Source: the human T2T-CHM13v2.0 reference genome, Homo sapiens. From it: 64,000 bases of DNA. A model generated the notes under the pieces. That model did not search any database. It saw nothing but the letters and a program-made list of their open reading frames with translations, and was not told the DNA's origin. The stretch lies in NCBI RefSeq assembly GCF_009914755.1, contig NC_060937.1; one strand, written 5' to 3'. Shown one piece after another: positions 1 through 13,720 of the stretch. The first letter of the stretch is position 1, and each line of letters begins with the position of its first letter. The position numbers were made by a program, and so were the translations under genes.

Positions 1-2855
1 ACAATAAATGTTCCTTATTACTACCGCCACTTTGAGGCCTGTGGAAAATAGGACTTTTTTAAATAGAAGATTTATTTTTCATATAAGAAATAGAAATTGG
101 TATGTCAAATACCACTCTGGCTTTAAGGATTCTGCAAGTTTTTAAAGACAGTCATTTCAGCAATGATACAGTGTAGTCATTCAGCCCAAAGAAAGACACA
201 AGGAGAGGAAAGTGAAATTAGATTTGAGGGGGGGGCCGTTATTACATGTGTATGTGTATCACATGTATCTATGGTCATGTGTGTATATATATATATATAT
301 GTTTCTGTATTATATGAATATTGGCATGAAGAATATATTCATCCTTTTTTTATATAATCAAAATAACAGGTGCTATACAAATTAGTGGCATATGTTAGTC
401 TATCAAGAAATAGAAGTAGTTTTTCAGGATAAGCATTATAACATACTTTTTAGTTAATAAGTTGGTGACAAAAAATTGTATGTTCTCACTTATGTTGTTT
501 AACAATTACTTAATAAAATTCTTCTTGTGAACAACATGAGACTCGGCAAAGGTAAGGTAATAGGAGAGAGTGAAAAAAAACATAAACAGATAATCTACTC
601 AGGATCAAATATAATTTTGAAGGCCACTTCATGTAGATTAAAATCCATGAAAACTCATTTCATGCTTCTATAAAATTGCTTTCAATTATCTTCAAGGATT
701 AGTAAACACTGAGAAAAGTGAATAGAGCAGCCCAGTGTAACAAAGATTTAACAGGATGACTAAAATTAGCTTTTAAAATGAATACTGCATTTTTGAATTA
801 AGAATTTGGACAAAGTCCTACTGAGGCTTATCTGGGGTTGGCTTTGGGCCTGCAAAAGTACTTATTATGGTCAACCTCTGCTACTGAAACATTTATTAGG
901 GCTGGATGGAGTTGGACTTGGTCAACGAGAGCGATGCTTTTAATTGCATTCATTCTTGATACTTATGTTTTTCACAGTGTTTTAATTCAAAATAGTCCAT
1001 TTTACTGCAGGACAGATTTTTCTATCCCATTTACCATGTATAATTTTTTAAATAACATTTTTATTGAGGATGTGTAGAGCTAGATTAAGCTTTAGAAAAT
1101 AAATGATTATCTACCAGTGGTCAGATCAATACATAAAATAGACATTAGTTGCACACAAGAAGCCCTCCTCATGCTCCATTCCTCTATCTACTCCTGAAAA
1201 TAACCACTATCATGGTTTATAACACCATGTATTAATTTACCTGTCTTATAACTTGGTAGAATAGAATAGTATATTTAGGCTCTTTTGTTTCAACATTATA
1301 TTTTTATATCCAGACATGTTTTGGCATGTAGCAATACTTTATTCATACTCATTAACTGTATAGTATTTATTCCATCAATAAATCGCAATTTATCTATCTG
1401 ATAGTCTATTGATGGGCGTTGGGATTTCAAGTCTAGGCTATTATGGATAGTGCCACTATGAATTTTTAAATATCTTTTGATGAACACGTGTATGCCTTTC
1501 AGTTATTCGTAGTCTAAAACATATCCTAGAACTTGAATTCCTGAATATATATATATACATACACTCAGACTTAATAGATACCGCCAAACAATTTTGCAAA
1601 GAAGCTATTACAATTTACACTCCCACCAACAGAGTGAGTTCCTATTATTTAAATTCTTGCCAGCACTTGTCACTTTGTCTTTTTTTATTTTAACCATGCA
1701 AGTCCTTCAGTTTTGTTTTCCTCCCTCAAAACTGCCTTGGTTATCCTTAGCCTTTGCATTTCCGTGTAAATTTTATGATTAAGTTTGCAAATTTTCACAA
1801 AATCTGCTGTGATATAGATTGGAATTGCACTGAATCTATGTATTAATATAGAGAGAATACACATATTTACAATAGTGAGCATTCCTATTCACAAACATGG
1901 TGTACCCTTCCAGATACATTGAGGTCATTTAGAAGTGCTCTTAATAATGTTTTCTCATTTCATTATAGAGGTCCTCCACATCTTTTGCTTTATTCTTGCT
2001 TGATTTATTCTTAAGTATTTATTTTTATACTGTCGTAAATAATATTTTTAAATTTCACTTTCTATTTGTTCTTGAGATGTAAAAAAATATTTTTATTAAA
2101 ATATGCTGGCAATTTATCCAGTAATTTTGCCAAATTTACTTATTAATTTAAATATTTGGCTATAGATTTTGGGAGGATTTTCTGTATACATCATCATCTT
2201 AACTCTGAATAATGATGTCTTTTTATTCTTCCTTTTATAAGAAATCTTTAAAAATGTATTCTTATTGTACTGTCTCTCCTATAACATGGTGAATAGAAGT
2301 GCTAGCAGGAGAATCTGTCTTGTTCCCATTGTTCTGAAGAAAGCTTTCCATATTTCAGTATTTGGTGCAAAAAAAATGTTAGATACTCATCATTAAATCA
2401 AGGAAATTTCTTTCTAATCCTAGTTTGTTAAAAAGCTTTCATGATATTTGTCTATTGAATTTCATCAAATGTATTATTCTTCAACTGCTGAGATTATCTT
2501 AAAATTTTTCTTTTCGTTTTCCAACAATATGGTGAATTACACTGAGTGACCAGAACATACAAACACTTTCGACCTTCTGGTGTAAACCTCATTGTGGTTG
2601 CAATGAATTATACTTTTATACATTGCTAATATTTCACTTATGATATTTTACTTCTGTTTCATGAGAGAAGTTGGTTTATAATTTATTTGTCTTATATATC
2701 CTTTTTAGGTTTTACATCACAGCTAAACTAGGCTTCTAAAACACATTTATAAGTATTTCCTTTTTTTCTCTTTTCTGGAAGAGTTTCATAAGATTGGCAT
2801 TGTTACTTTTTAATACTTGGAGGAATCATTAGTGAAACTTGGTCTCAGGAAGTTG

Positions 2856-3632
2856 TTTTTTTTTTTCAGCTTTCTTGAGGCATGATTGACAAATACTGTA
2901 TTTATTTAAGTTGCACAACATGATTTTTTTTGTTTTTTTTGTTTTTTTTTTTTTGAGACGGAGCCTCGCTCTTTCGCCCAGGCTGGAGTACAGTGGCGCG
3001 GTCTCGGTTCACTGCAATGCGCTCCGCCTCCCGAGTTCACGCCATTCTCCTGCCTCAGCTTCCCAAGTAGTTGGGACTACAGGCGCCCGCCACCACGCCT
3101 GGCTAATTTTGTTTTTGTATTTTTAGTAGAGACAGGGTTTCACTGTGTTAGCCAGGATGGTCTCGATCTCCTGACCTCGTGATCCGCCCGTCTCGGCCTC
3201 CTTAAAGTGCTGGGATTACAGGTGTGAGCCACCACGCCCTGCCCTCATGATGTTTTTATTTACAGATACACTGTAAAATGATTACCACTATCAAGCTAAT
3301 TAACGTATCAATCACCTCATGTAGTTACCTTTTTTTGTTTATTTTTGTGGTGAGAACACTTGAGATCTATTCTCTAAGCAAACTTCAGGTATACAATACA
3401 TTATCGTTAACTATAGTCACAAGGCTGTACATTAAATTTCAGAACTTATCATCTTATAACTGAATATTTGTACCTGTTGACCAACTTCTCCCCATTTCTC
3501 CCACTCCCAGCCCCTACTAACCACCATTCTATTCTCTTTCTATGAATTCAACTTTTTTAGATTCCATATATAGGTGAGATCGTGTATTATTCATCTTTCT
3601 GTGTCTGGCTTTTTTCACTTAACGTAATGTCT
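2856..3632 (-). mobile_element. L1MA-type 3' end nested in the older L1 and split by an AluY
   Basis: T-tail at 2856 followed by tttcttgaggcatgattgacaaa...ttcaacttttttagattccatatataggtgagatc, typical of an L1MA 3' UTR. Confidence 0.7.
2924..3243 (-). mobile_element. AluY-like SINE
   Basis: Full antisense Alu with AluY motifs ttcacgccattctc and gttagccaggatggtctcgatctc; catgat+T-run on both flanks (TSD-like). Confidence 0.93.
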
Positions 3633-4000
3633 TAGGAGTTTTCTTTAGGGGAAGGTTTTCAGTAACTAATTTGACTTATTTAGGAGTCTTCAGATTTCTT
3701 AATTCTTCCAGTCATTTTGATTCGTTGTGTTTTGTTAAGAAATTTGTCCATTTTCCCTCAAATGCTCTTATCATTACAATATCTTTGGAATCTGTAGTGA
3801 TGTCTTGTTTTTAATTCCTCATGTTATTTACGCTTTCTCTCTTTTTAAATTAAGTTTCTTTCACTAGGGTTTATCTATTTTTATAATTTATTTTAAAAAA
3901 CAATTGGTTCTGAGGATTTTCCGCATTATGTTTGTTTTCTACTGATTGATTTCTTCACTTACATCTATGGTTCCTTTCCTTTTGTTTTCTTTGGAATTGA

Positions 4001-4399
<399 letters not shown>

Positions 4400-6974
4400 T
4401 AAGTAGTACTTGCTTTATCTGTATACTCCATATTTTGATAGGTATTTCATCAGTTAAAATATTTTTTAATTTTCATTTTTAATTCTACCTTGACAGAGGA
4501 GCTATTTGGAAGCTTCCTCCTTACTCTCTGAATAGTTGGATATATTATATTTAGCATTTCATTATTTACTTCTATTTTAATTACAATGTGGGAAGAGCAT
4601 ATACTCTGATTTATTTGAATATTTAAAAATGTATTAATATCAGTTTTGGTAAATTTACACATGCTATTGAAATGAAGTTTTATTCCATTATTGTTAGTTG
4701 TAGTATTCTGATAGTATTCTGTACATTACAATTAGAATGAGTCTGTTAATATTGGCCAGTCTTTTGGTTGCCTTCTTTTATTAGTTATTGAGAGAGAGAT
4801 GTTAAATTCTGTCTCTATCCTTCTATCCTTACCTCATATTTATTTATTGTAAGATTTATTTTATTTACACAACTTATAGCCTATTTATATTATTTATATT
4901 CTATATATTTAAAATATTAACTGGTGCATAGACGCTCATAATTGTTATACTTTCCTGTTTATCATAATAAACTATCATTCTCTGTCTCTGTTTATGTACT
5001 ATTACTGCTTTTTGCCTTAACAAAGCCGTGATTATTCTACTTTGCCTGATATTATATTGGGACACGAGCTTTCCTTTAGTTAGTGATTATATAGTATACC
5101 CTTTTTCTATTCCTTTACTTGCAACTTTTGCGTGCATCTATTACAATGATTCTCCTATAAGCAAATATAGCTAGATTTTGTTTATTTTATCCACTGTAAG
5201 AATCTTGGACTTTTAATTGTAATATTTGGTCTACTCACGATTAATCCAATTGCTGATATATTTGGGTTTATAGGCATCATCTTACTTTTCATTTTTTCTG
5301 TTTGACCTATCTGCATGTTGCTATTCCTTTTTCTCTTTTTCAAGTGTGTGAATCAACTACTTATTAATTTTCCTTTTCCCCTTTATTAAGTGGTTACTTA
5401 CAATTCTCCAAGCTTATTATTCCCTGAGACATGCTGTCCCTGACATTTTACCACGTAATAGGGTTTAAGAACTTTTCCCTTTATCTGACCCTTTTGCGTT
5501 ATTGTTATCTTGTGTTTTAACTCTATTATTTTTTAAACCCCAGAAGACCTTGTCATTTATTACTGTTGTATAGGTCATAGGTATTTATATTTCCCCACAT
5601 AGTTACTCTCTCATTATTCCTTATTCTGTCTTGCATTTCCATGTTCCCATCTGAGGCCATTTTTCTGTTCCCTGAAAAACTCATTTTAGTATTTGAGTGC
5701 AGGTGTAGTTTCTTCATTATGGCTTGTCTTAAAATGTCTTTATTTTGTGTCTATTTCTGAAGGATTTTTGATGGATATAGAATTCTGGATTAGAAGCTAT
5801 TTCATTTCAGTACTTAAAGATAACTGTGTTTACACGATGAAATGGAAGTCTTTTTTGGAGTTTTAGTTGCTTCTGTAAAAAAGTTGTGTCTTTTTTTCTG
5901 ACTGCTTTAAAACTTTTTCCACTTTGTCTTAGGTTTCTAGTGCGTTCACTAAGATCTGCCTTACGGTGTGTTTCTTAGTATTTATTCTATTTAGGTTGCC
6001 TACACTTCTTGAATCTGAAAGTTGATGTCATAAATCACTTTGGGAACATTCTCAGTTTATCTGTTTTTATATTTTTTTGTCTCATTTTTCTCCTTTTGCT
6101 GTTTCTGAAACTGCAATTATGCATATTAGAACATTTCATTAAATTTCATGCGTCTCTTTTATTTTGTTCATTTTAAATTTTTTTAGTCCTCTCTTTGATT
6201 CAATTTTTCTCTGATTCAGCTCCTCTCTGTGATTCAGATCAACTTTCTATTGATCTGTCTTACAGAATTAATCCTCTTTTCTCTTATAAACCAAACTGTC
6301 AATTTATTGATTTCAGTTATTTTGTTTCTTTTCATTTCTAGGATTTCTACTCAATTCTTATTACAGATAGTAATATTCTGTTAAAATTGCAACCTTTATT
6401 ATATTCTTTATCTATTTCTCTTTATCTTTCTCTTTATTTCCTTTATCTTAAAAACCAGAAATATTTTCAAAACTTTGTTTCCAACTCCAATATTTAGATC
6501 ACCTGTAGTTCTATTTCTTTTGTGTAATTTTCCCCTTAGATTTTGTTCTGTGGTTCCCTTTCTTAAATTTTCTAGAAATTTTTGGTTAAATATCAAACAG
6601 TGTCTTTACAAATATTTATAGTCTCCTAATTAGTTTACATCCTGCAGAGAACAGCCCCTGTTTCCTCGGCAGGGTAATTGAAGGAAGGAAAGATCATTTT
6701 AATTTAACTCAATTTGAGATTAAACTGACTCTCAACTGGACTGCAGACTCATAAGGTTTCTTCTGCTTTTGATGTGATCATACTCTTGGCAGAACCTGCT
6801 GAAGGCTTCCAACTCAGAGTCTGGAGAATTTCCTGGGGCCTCTTCTCCTGGTGAGGTCTCTACTGCAATTCCTAGACCTGCACTGTTGACAGTTCTGTTC
6901 TGCCTTTCAGAGGTTCTCTTCTGCTTAAACTTGCTGCTTCAGAATTCCTCAGATGTCTTTAGGGAAAAAAAAAT

Positions 6975-7062
6975 ACACAGGGGATATATGGAAAATGTAT
7001 GTATCTTCTGCTCGATTTTGCTGTGAACCTAAAACTGCTCTTAAAAATAAAGCATATTTTTT
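6975..7062 (+). mobile_element. Short L1M 3'-terminal fragment
   Basis: ttttgctgtgaacctaaaactgctcttaaaaataaag resembles the L1MB/MC terminus with a poly(A) signal. Confidence 0.6.
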
Positions 7063-7899
7063 TAAAAACCCCAAAACAGTGGCAAGCTCAGTTTTTTACT
7101 CTCCTTCCCACTGACATGCTGGCCTTTCAAGTTTCTAAATTTGTCTCTCCAGCTGAGCTCCATCGGACTACCAGCGCCTCTGCAGGTTCCCGTGTACTCA
7201 GTGGCAGTCCTCTGACGCGGAAAATCCTGCATTTTCACCTCCTTACCTTCCTCTAGATAAAGCTAATGCCTCCAGAGTAAAAATGTTGCAGAATGTCAGT
7301 CATCCAGCACCCCAGCAGTGTCACTTCCCTGGGATCTTAATCCTCCAGTGATGTCTGATTTAGTAGCTCTTCCAAGGCTTTAAATAGATTTATCTGTGTG
7401 TATTTTATCCAATGTTTAAAATTTTGTTTTTCTTGTAAGGAGTGTAGGTCTTATCCTAAGCTATTCTGTTATACTTGAAAATGGAATTTCTCCTAAGTCA
7501 CGTCATTATGATTTATTATCTAATACACAGATCTGTTATAAACCTTACTTTTTTGTTCTTTATGGAGTTAACCTTGTTTGTTTAGAGATACATGGATATG
7601 AGATACATGAGATTTCCCCTAAGAATTTTACCCATATAAATAAGCTGCAGATAAACACGCTTCTTCTTGAACAACTAAGAATAAACTGTGAGGTACATGA
7701 AAGGTAGTCATAAATTAAAAATATTTAGCATAATTAATGTTTAAATGTTTTTGGTAGACATTTTAACACTAAAGAAATTTAATTGATCTTGTAATGTTTA
7801 CATAGTACTGTGCATAGGTTCTAGAAGAAAACTATAACAAAATGAATAAACAGTGAATTCTGATTAGTTTTTTTTAAATGTCATTAAAATTTTTTTGTG

Positions 7900-8433
<534 letters not shown>

Positions 8434-8769
8434 CTATGAAATAAAATACTTTGGTTCCAATTTGATTGATAAAATAAATAACATAGTATTGCATTATTAC
8501 TCAAAACATAAATATCCATGAGTCCATACTCAATAAATGACAAAATAAATAAATAGGAGAAAGTGGACAAGTATCCTGTGCAGAAGAATCTCAAATACTT
8601 TATACAGATACTCTTAAGGAAGCAGACTATATCTCCCTATCCCTGAAATGTGGGCTGTGCAGAGTGAAAACATTTTTTCAATGAGTACAGTATGGAAATA
8701 GTGAAAGACTAAACCTTCAGTGGAAAAAACCTGACAAATACTACCTGAGCCGGATGATCAAAGTCAACC

Positions 8770-8816
8770 TTGACAGTGATAATACATATTGACAGCGATA
8801 ATACATATTGACAGCG
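8770..8816. repeat. 19-bp tandem repeat, about 2.5 copies (ttgacagYgataatacata)
   Basis: Direct reading: ttgacagtgataatacata ttgacagcgataatacata ttgacagcg. Confidence 0.95.
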
Positions 8817-9090
8817 TGTACTCTTGATCTGTTATGATGAGAAGGGCACTTTACTTCTGCAGTCTTCTTCCCAAAATACATGGCCCCAGTCTTAGCATAA
8901 GAAAGACATCAGACAAACCCCCAAAAATGAGCATAGTACAAAACACCAGGACTCCTAAAAAATGTCAAGGTCATCAAAAACAAGAGATATCTGAGAAAGC
9001 GTCACATTGTACTGGGGCCTACAGAGACATAACAACTAAATGTAATGCAGTATCCTGGATGGGGTCCTGGGGCAGAAAGAGGACATTCAG

Positions 9091-9329
9091 TGAAAAACCA
9101 AGGCTATATGAATAAAGCATAACTTCGGTTAGTAATAACATATGAATATTGTTTCATTAGCTGTGACAAGCCATAGTAATGAATGATGTTAATTATAGGG
9201 AAAACTTGCATCCAGTTTTCCCTATAATTAACATCATTCATTACCATGGCTTGTCACAGCTAATGAAACAATATTCATATGTTATTACTAACCGAAGTTA
9301 TGCTTTATTCATATAGCCTTGGTTTTTCA
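9091..9329. repeat. Inverted repeat with 116-bp arms, a 7-nt spacer and one mismatch
   Basis: 9091-9206 is the reverse complement of 9214-9329 except A9175/C9245; spacer tgcatcc at 9207-9213. Confidence 0.98.
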
Positions 9330-12300
9330 TATAGGAGCTCTCCATACTGTCTTTGCAACTTTTTGTCAACTAAGAATATTCTAGAGTTTTTTAAAAGTTT
9401 ATTTTTTAAAAAGTTTGGTTTCACTGAGTAAGATAATGACGTATTATGCCTGTTTTCCCTATTCCCAATACACGTAATCTGACATAAATTGCTGAACAGC
9501 TAGTTGCAAGACTAAAGTGAGTTTCTCATTACAGGTTGATGTAGTCATTTACTAATTGTCATTAAATCTGAATAAATTATATAAATATAAACTATACAAG
9601 ACCAAAGCCAAACAAAATTGATTATATTTTTACTCTAAATTTAACCTATAATTTCATGAACTATCCTTCATGCCCTGAGTATGTAGGCAATTAGATAAAA
9701 GTGATACATGGGTTGAGGAAAAATTTATTGAAATATGTTAAGTCTGCAAACATTTTTAATAAAGTCCTACCTAGATGCTTCTTCTAGCTTGGCAATTATT
9801 TATCTCACCACATAACCTCGCTTCATAGTATAATCTTTTATGTAGAATGAATAAGTTTTTTGGTAAAAATTCCCTTTGTCTTTTATAAATGTATATTATA
9901 TTCCAAGAGCAGAATCTAAGTTTATTGCTTATTTATTTATTTATTGTTTATTAAAACAGCATTGTTTTGAATTAATCACTCAACTATAATGAGAGTTGGG
10001 ATGACCATTTTGTGACTTAAGAATTTCAGCACCATTGTTCTTAGTCTAATCACTTACTTTAATAATTAGTAGATCATTAGATGACTTCCTTGTCCAATTA
10101 GATTTTTGTTCATTTTTATAATTTAAAAATACTATTTCAAGAAAGATTATAAAACTACTTGAATTTACAATACACATTTGACATTTAAAAACACAGAAAA
10201 TATTTATAATTTTTACTACATGTGCAAACTGCATGGCTGAGTTTGCAGAAATGCAATATTTTCTTTCCTGGCTCTATAGTCACTTGTCTCCAAACTCTCA
10301 TGACCTTCTTTTTATAGATTATGCCTAAGATACCATCTCTAATTAAATTTCCGTGTAGTGTGAATAATTCAATTTATCAAACTCTCGTCATTGAGACAAG
10401 CAATTCACCACATTCAATGTAATTATTAATGTAAATTCCTCCAGATAATATCTTCATTGACAGACAGCATCCCTTCATTTTTGTGGGCCTCGCAGATGAT
10501 TTACACAAGAGAATTTGATATGTTTTTATTTATTTTTTCCTCCAGAAAAAGAATCCTAAAAAAGATTCTTGTGAAAGCACTAGACACAAAGATGTTGACA
10601 TGTTATACCTCTAAGCAACATAATTTATGTTTGGGGGAAACGCCCAGTGTTGGGTTCTGACCATCAATATTTCTGAAAAAAAAATGTAGACTTTACAACA
10701 AAACAGTTTACTTTTTTAGTATAGATTATCAAATAAAAAGGATGAGTTGAGCAATTATGCGGCCTCTAGCAACTTATATCAGAAATAGAAATAACCCAGA
10801 TTCAAAAATAACTTACAGGCCCATCAGTCAATCAAATAAGGGTGCTGCTGAAAAAAGACCTAAATATCTCAGTCACAACAAAGACAACTATTTTCAGAGA
10901 GGGCACTGTAGACAAAAACACTGTTTGCAGCTGCAACCCAGCCCTAAGGAGGGCTGCAGACTGGGTTGGGAGAGAGGCCGGTAATGAGCAAAACGAACTC
11001 TGTAGCCTAGCTCTCCAGTGAGAAATGCAGGCCAATCAGACCATTTTTAGCCTGCCACAATTGTCCAGGGAGCCTCAGGGCACAAAGGTTGCACAACTGC
11101 ACCCTTGAATAAACACATATTTGGATTAGTGTCATAAGAGCATGCACGATTGGCTTTTCTCCAAAGCCCCACATTTTGACTGCTGGGACAGGGAATAAAG
11201 CAATGTATTATACGGTTAACCAGTGGGCCCAGAGGAAAGAGAAAGAATCCATCCAAGCGTCTCAGAGCACAAGCCATAAAGCTGCCTGCTGGAACTGCAG
11301 GCATCCACAAAGAGCCCATCACTCCTTCATCTGCCTAAGAAAACTTTCAATGCCTAGTGCTAAGAAGCAGAAAGAGCCACACTGGCTAGGAGGGGGCTAG
11401 TGATAGAATTTGAGGAAGATGAATGAACCGCATGTTAAGCTGCTTCACTGTGGATCCCAGTTTAAAAGCCCTGGTAAATAATTTGCCATCCACTGTTACC
11501 TGGAATAGGATGAAAGGCACTGTGTGAGTCGATCCATTACACTACTTAAGATAACTTTGAAAACATGGGAAAACAAGTGATTCCATTGCCTTTGAAAATA
11601 AAATAATCTTGCAAAACTACTTTGGTTCTTAAATAAAATATAAATTGGATGTTGGCATTTGCAATATGAACCAAGGAATTATGATGGGAAAAGTTAACGT
11701 GACTGCATGCATCATCAGTCATGAGAGAATAGGAACAGCTTTGGAAGACAGCATGGGGAGGATGAGAAGCCAGTGCTTTCCCATCATCAGAGCCCTCAGG
11801 CTCTGAAAGAGTGGCCCTGGGAGCAATCTGGAGAAAGGTGGCACTGGCATGGCAATGTCATCTGTTTTTCATATGCCCCTAAGTGAGCTCCAAGGCTGGA
11901 AAATCATAATTTGGGATCTTCTCCAGGCCTTCTAAAACCATGGTGCATAAATTTCTGAGGGTATTTATAAGTGACAGACATACTTCCAAGTACCATTAAC
12001 TAGAGTACTCTATTCATGACATATCCTACTTGGTTTAGTTATGATAACTCAGTCAGCAATTCATTTACTTATGCACTCATTTATTCACCTAATGTCTATT
12101 GATTATTTAGAATGCACCAGGCACTTGATCCAGCTGTCCAGAATACAAGATATACTCCTGAAGTCTGACTTTCATTCATTAACAACCACATGGATGAAGA
12201 AAGCATAAAAAAAGAAACCATTAAAAGATAGCTGGATTATAACCTAGCTCCCATTTGCACAGAGAGCTGTGGAAGTCAGCAGGTAACAGTTAGCTTTGGG

Positions 12301-12519
12301 ACAAAATTCATAAGATGAATCATTCTTAGGACACGTCACTTATGCAAAGGTTCAATCTTAAATATTTCAAGTCATGAAACTTCTGAGGACCTCTACAGTT
12401 GCTTTACAAAGCTATATGTGGGTTCTGTTTAGTAGAAATATTTCTCAGTTACTAGTTTATTGGCTCATGTACTTTGTACCTCATCCCAGGCCATTCTCCT
12501 CAGCCTGGAGGAAATTTGG

Positions 12520-13720
12520 TAGTCATTAAGGACATACAATGTAATAAAGTGTATATTGGTGGCAATATGTTTCCTTTCTCTGTCAGCTGAGAGAGCCCAG
12601 AAGCAATAACACCCCAGTAGCAATTAGCACACCTCCTGCCCAGATCATGGCTTCTAATACTATTCTCCAACAAAGGAAGCCCAAGCCCCTTGCAGAAATA
12701 AGTGATTCTAGGGCTGAGGCAGAAAAAGGAGGCTGAGCCTGGGGCATCTTGTAGTGTCAGTAAGTAAGACAGCATTTAAAACAAACAAAGCACCCCAAAA
12801 ACCCACCTGACGACGATGGGGGTTATGTCCAAGGGACACAAGAGCCAATTGAAGGAGCCCAGATTGCCAAATACACAGCAATTTGAGCAACCAAAAACTA
12901 TCACAGGATTGGATCATAACCCAGTGCTTAGGACCAATATCCATGTGTCCATATTGTTATCAATTAATGGTTGAATAAATAAATAAATGAAGAAGAAGAG
13001 ATGCAAGCCCTGTGCAGAATCATTCCATTTAATGTATAATTTACATTCTGTTCTCCCTCCAGGAAGTGGAGGATCACATCTCACCCTGCAAGTGCGAGCT
13101 ATGCAGAGTGCTGTTCTGCTGAGGAATGCGTATGGAAAGGTGAGGAAAGCAACCACACAGCGGATAAAGTTGAGAAACACTACCTCAGCCCTGTGGCCAA
13201 GGTCAGCATCAACAGCGACACATTATGTTGGTGGTATATACTCACATGATGTGGTCATGTGATGTGGTGATGAGAAGAGCATTTCCTCCTCAAAGCCCAT
13301 AACCCCATTCTAATAATGAGAAAACTATCAGCAAACCCCAAATTGAGGCACAGAGTGCAAAGTGCCTGGCCGGTACTCCTCAGAACTGTCAAGGTCACCA
13401 AAAACATGGACAGACCCAGCAACTGCCACAGCCCAGAGGAGCCTAAGACGAGATGAATAAATGTCATATAGTCTCCTGAATACCATCCATGAGCAGAAAA
13501 AGGACATTGGGTGAAAACCAAGGACATCTGAATAAGGTATGGACTTCAGTTAATAATAATGATCTGTATTGATTAATTGGTTGTGACCAAAATACCATAG
13601 TAATATATAAGGTGTTAACAATAGGGAAAACTGGGCACAGGGCATGTAGGAACTCTTGGTATTATTTTTGCAACTTTTTTGTAAATGTATAACTATTCTA
13701 AATAAAATATTCATTTAAAA
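12520..13720 (+). mobile_element. Old L1M (L1MC/MD-like) 3' region, paralogous to 8385-9410
   Basis: ggacttcagttaataataat...atagggaaaactggg...gcaactttttt...ctattctaaataaaat L1M 3' terminus. Confidence 0.75.

Noticed and set aside
13063-13139. Plus-strand AG...GT exon-like segment
   Set aside because: Lies inside an L1M remnant; splice motifs alone are insufficient.
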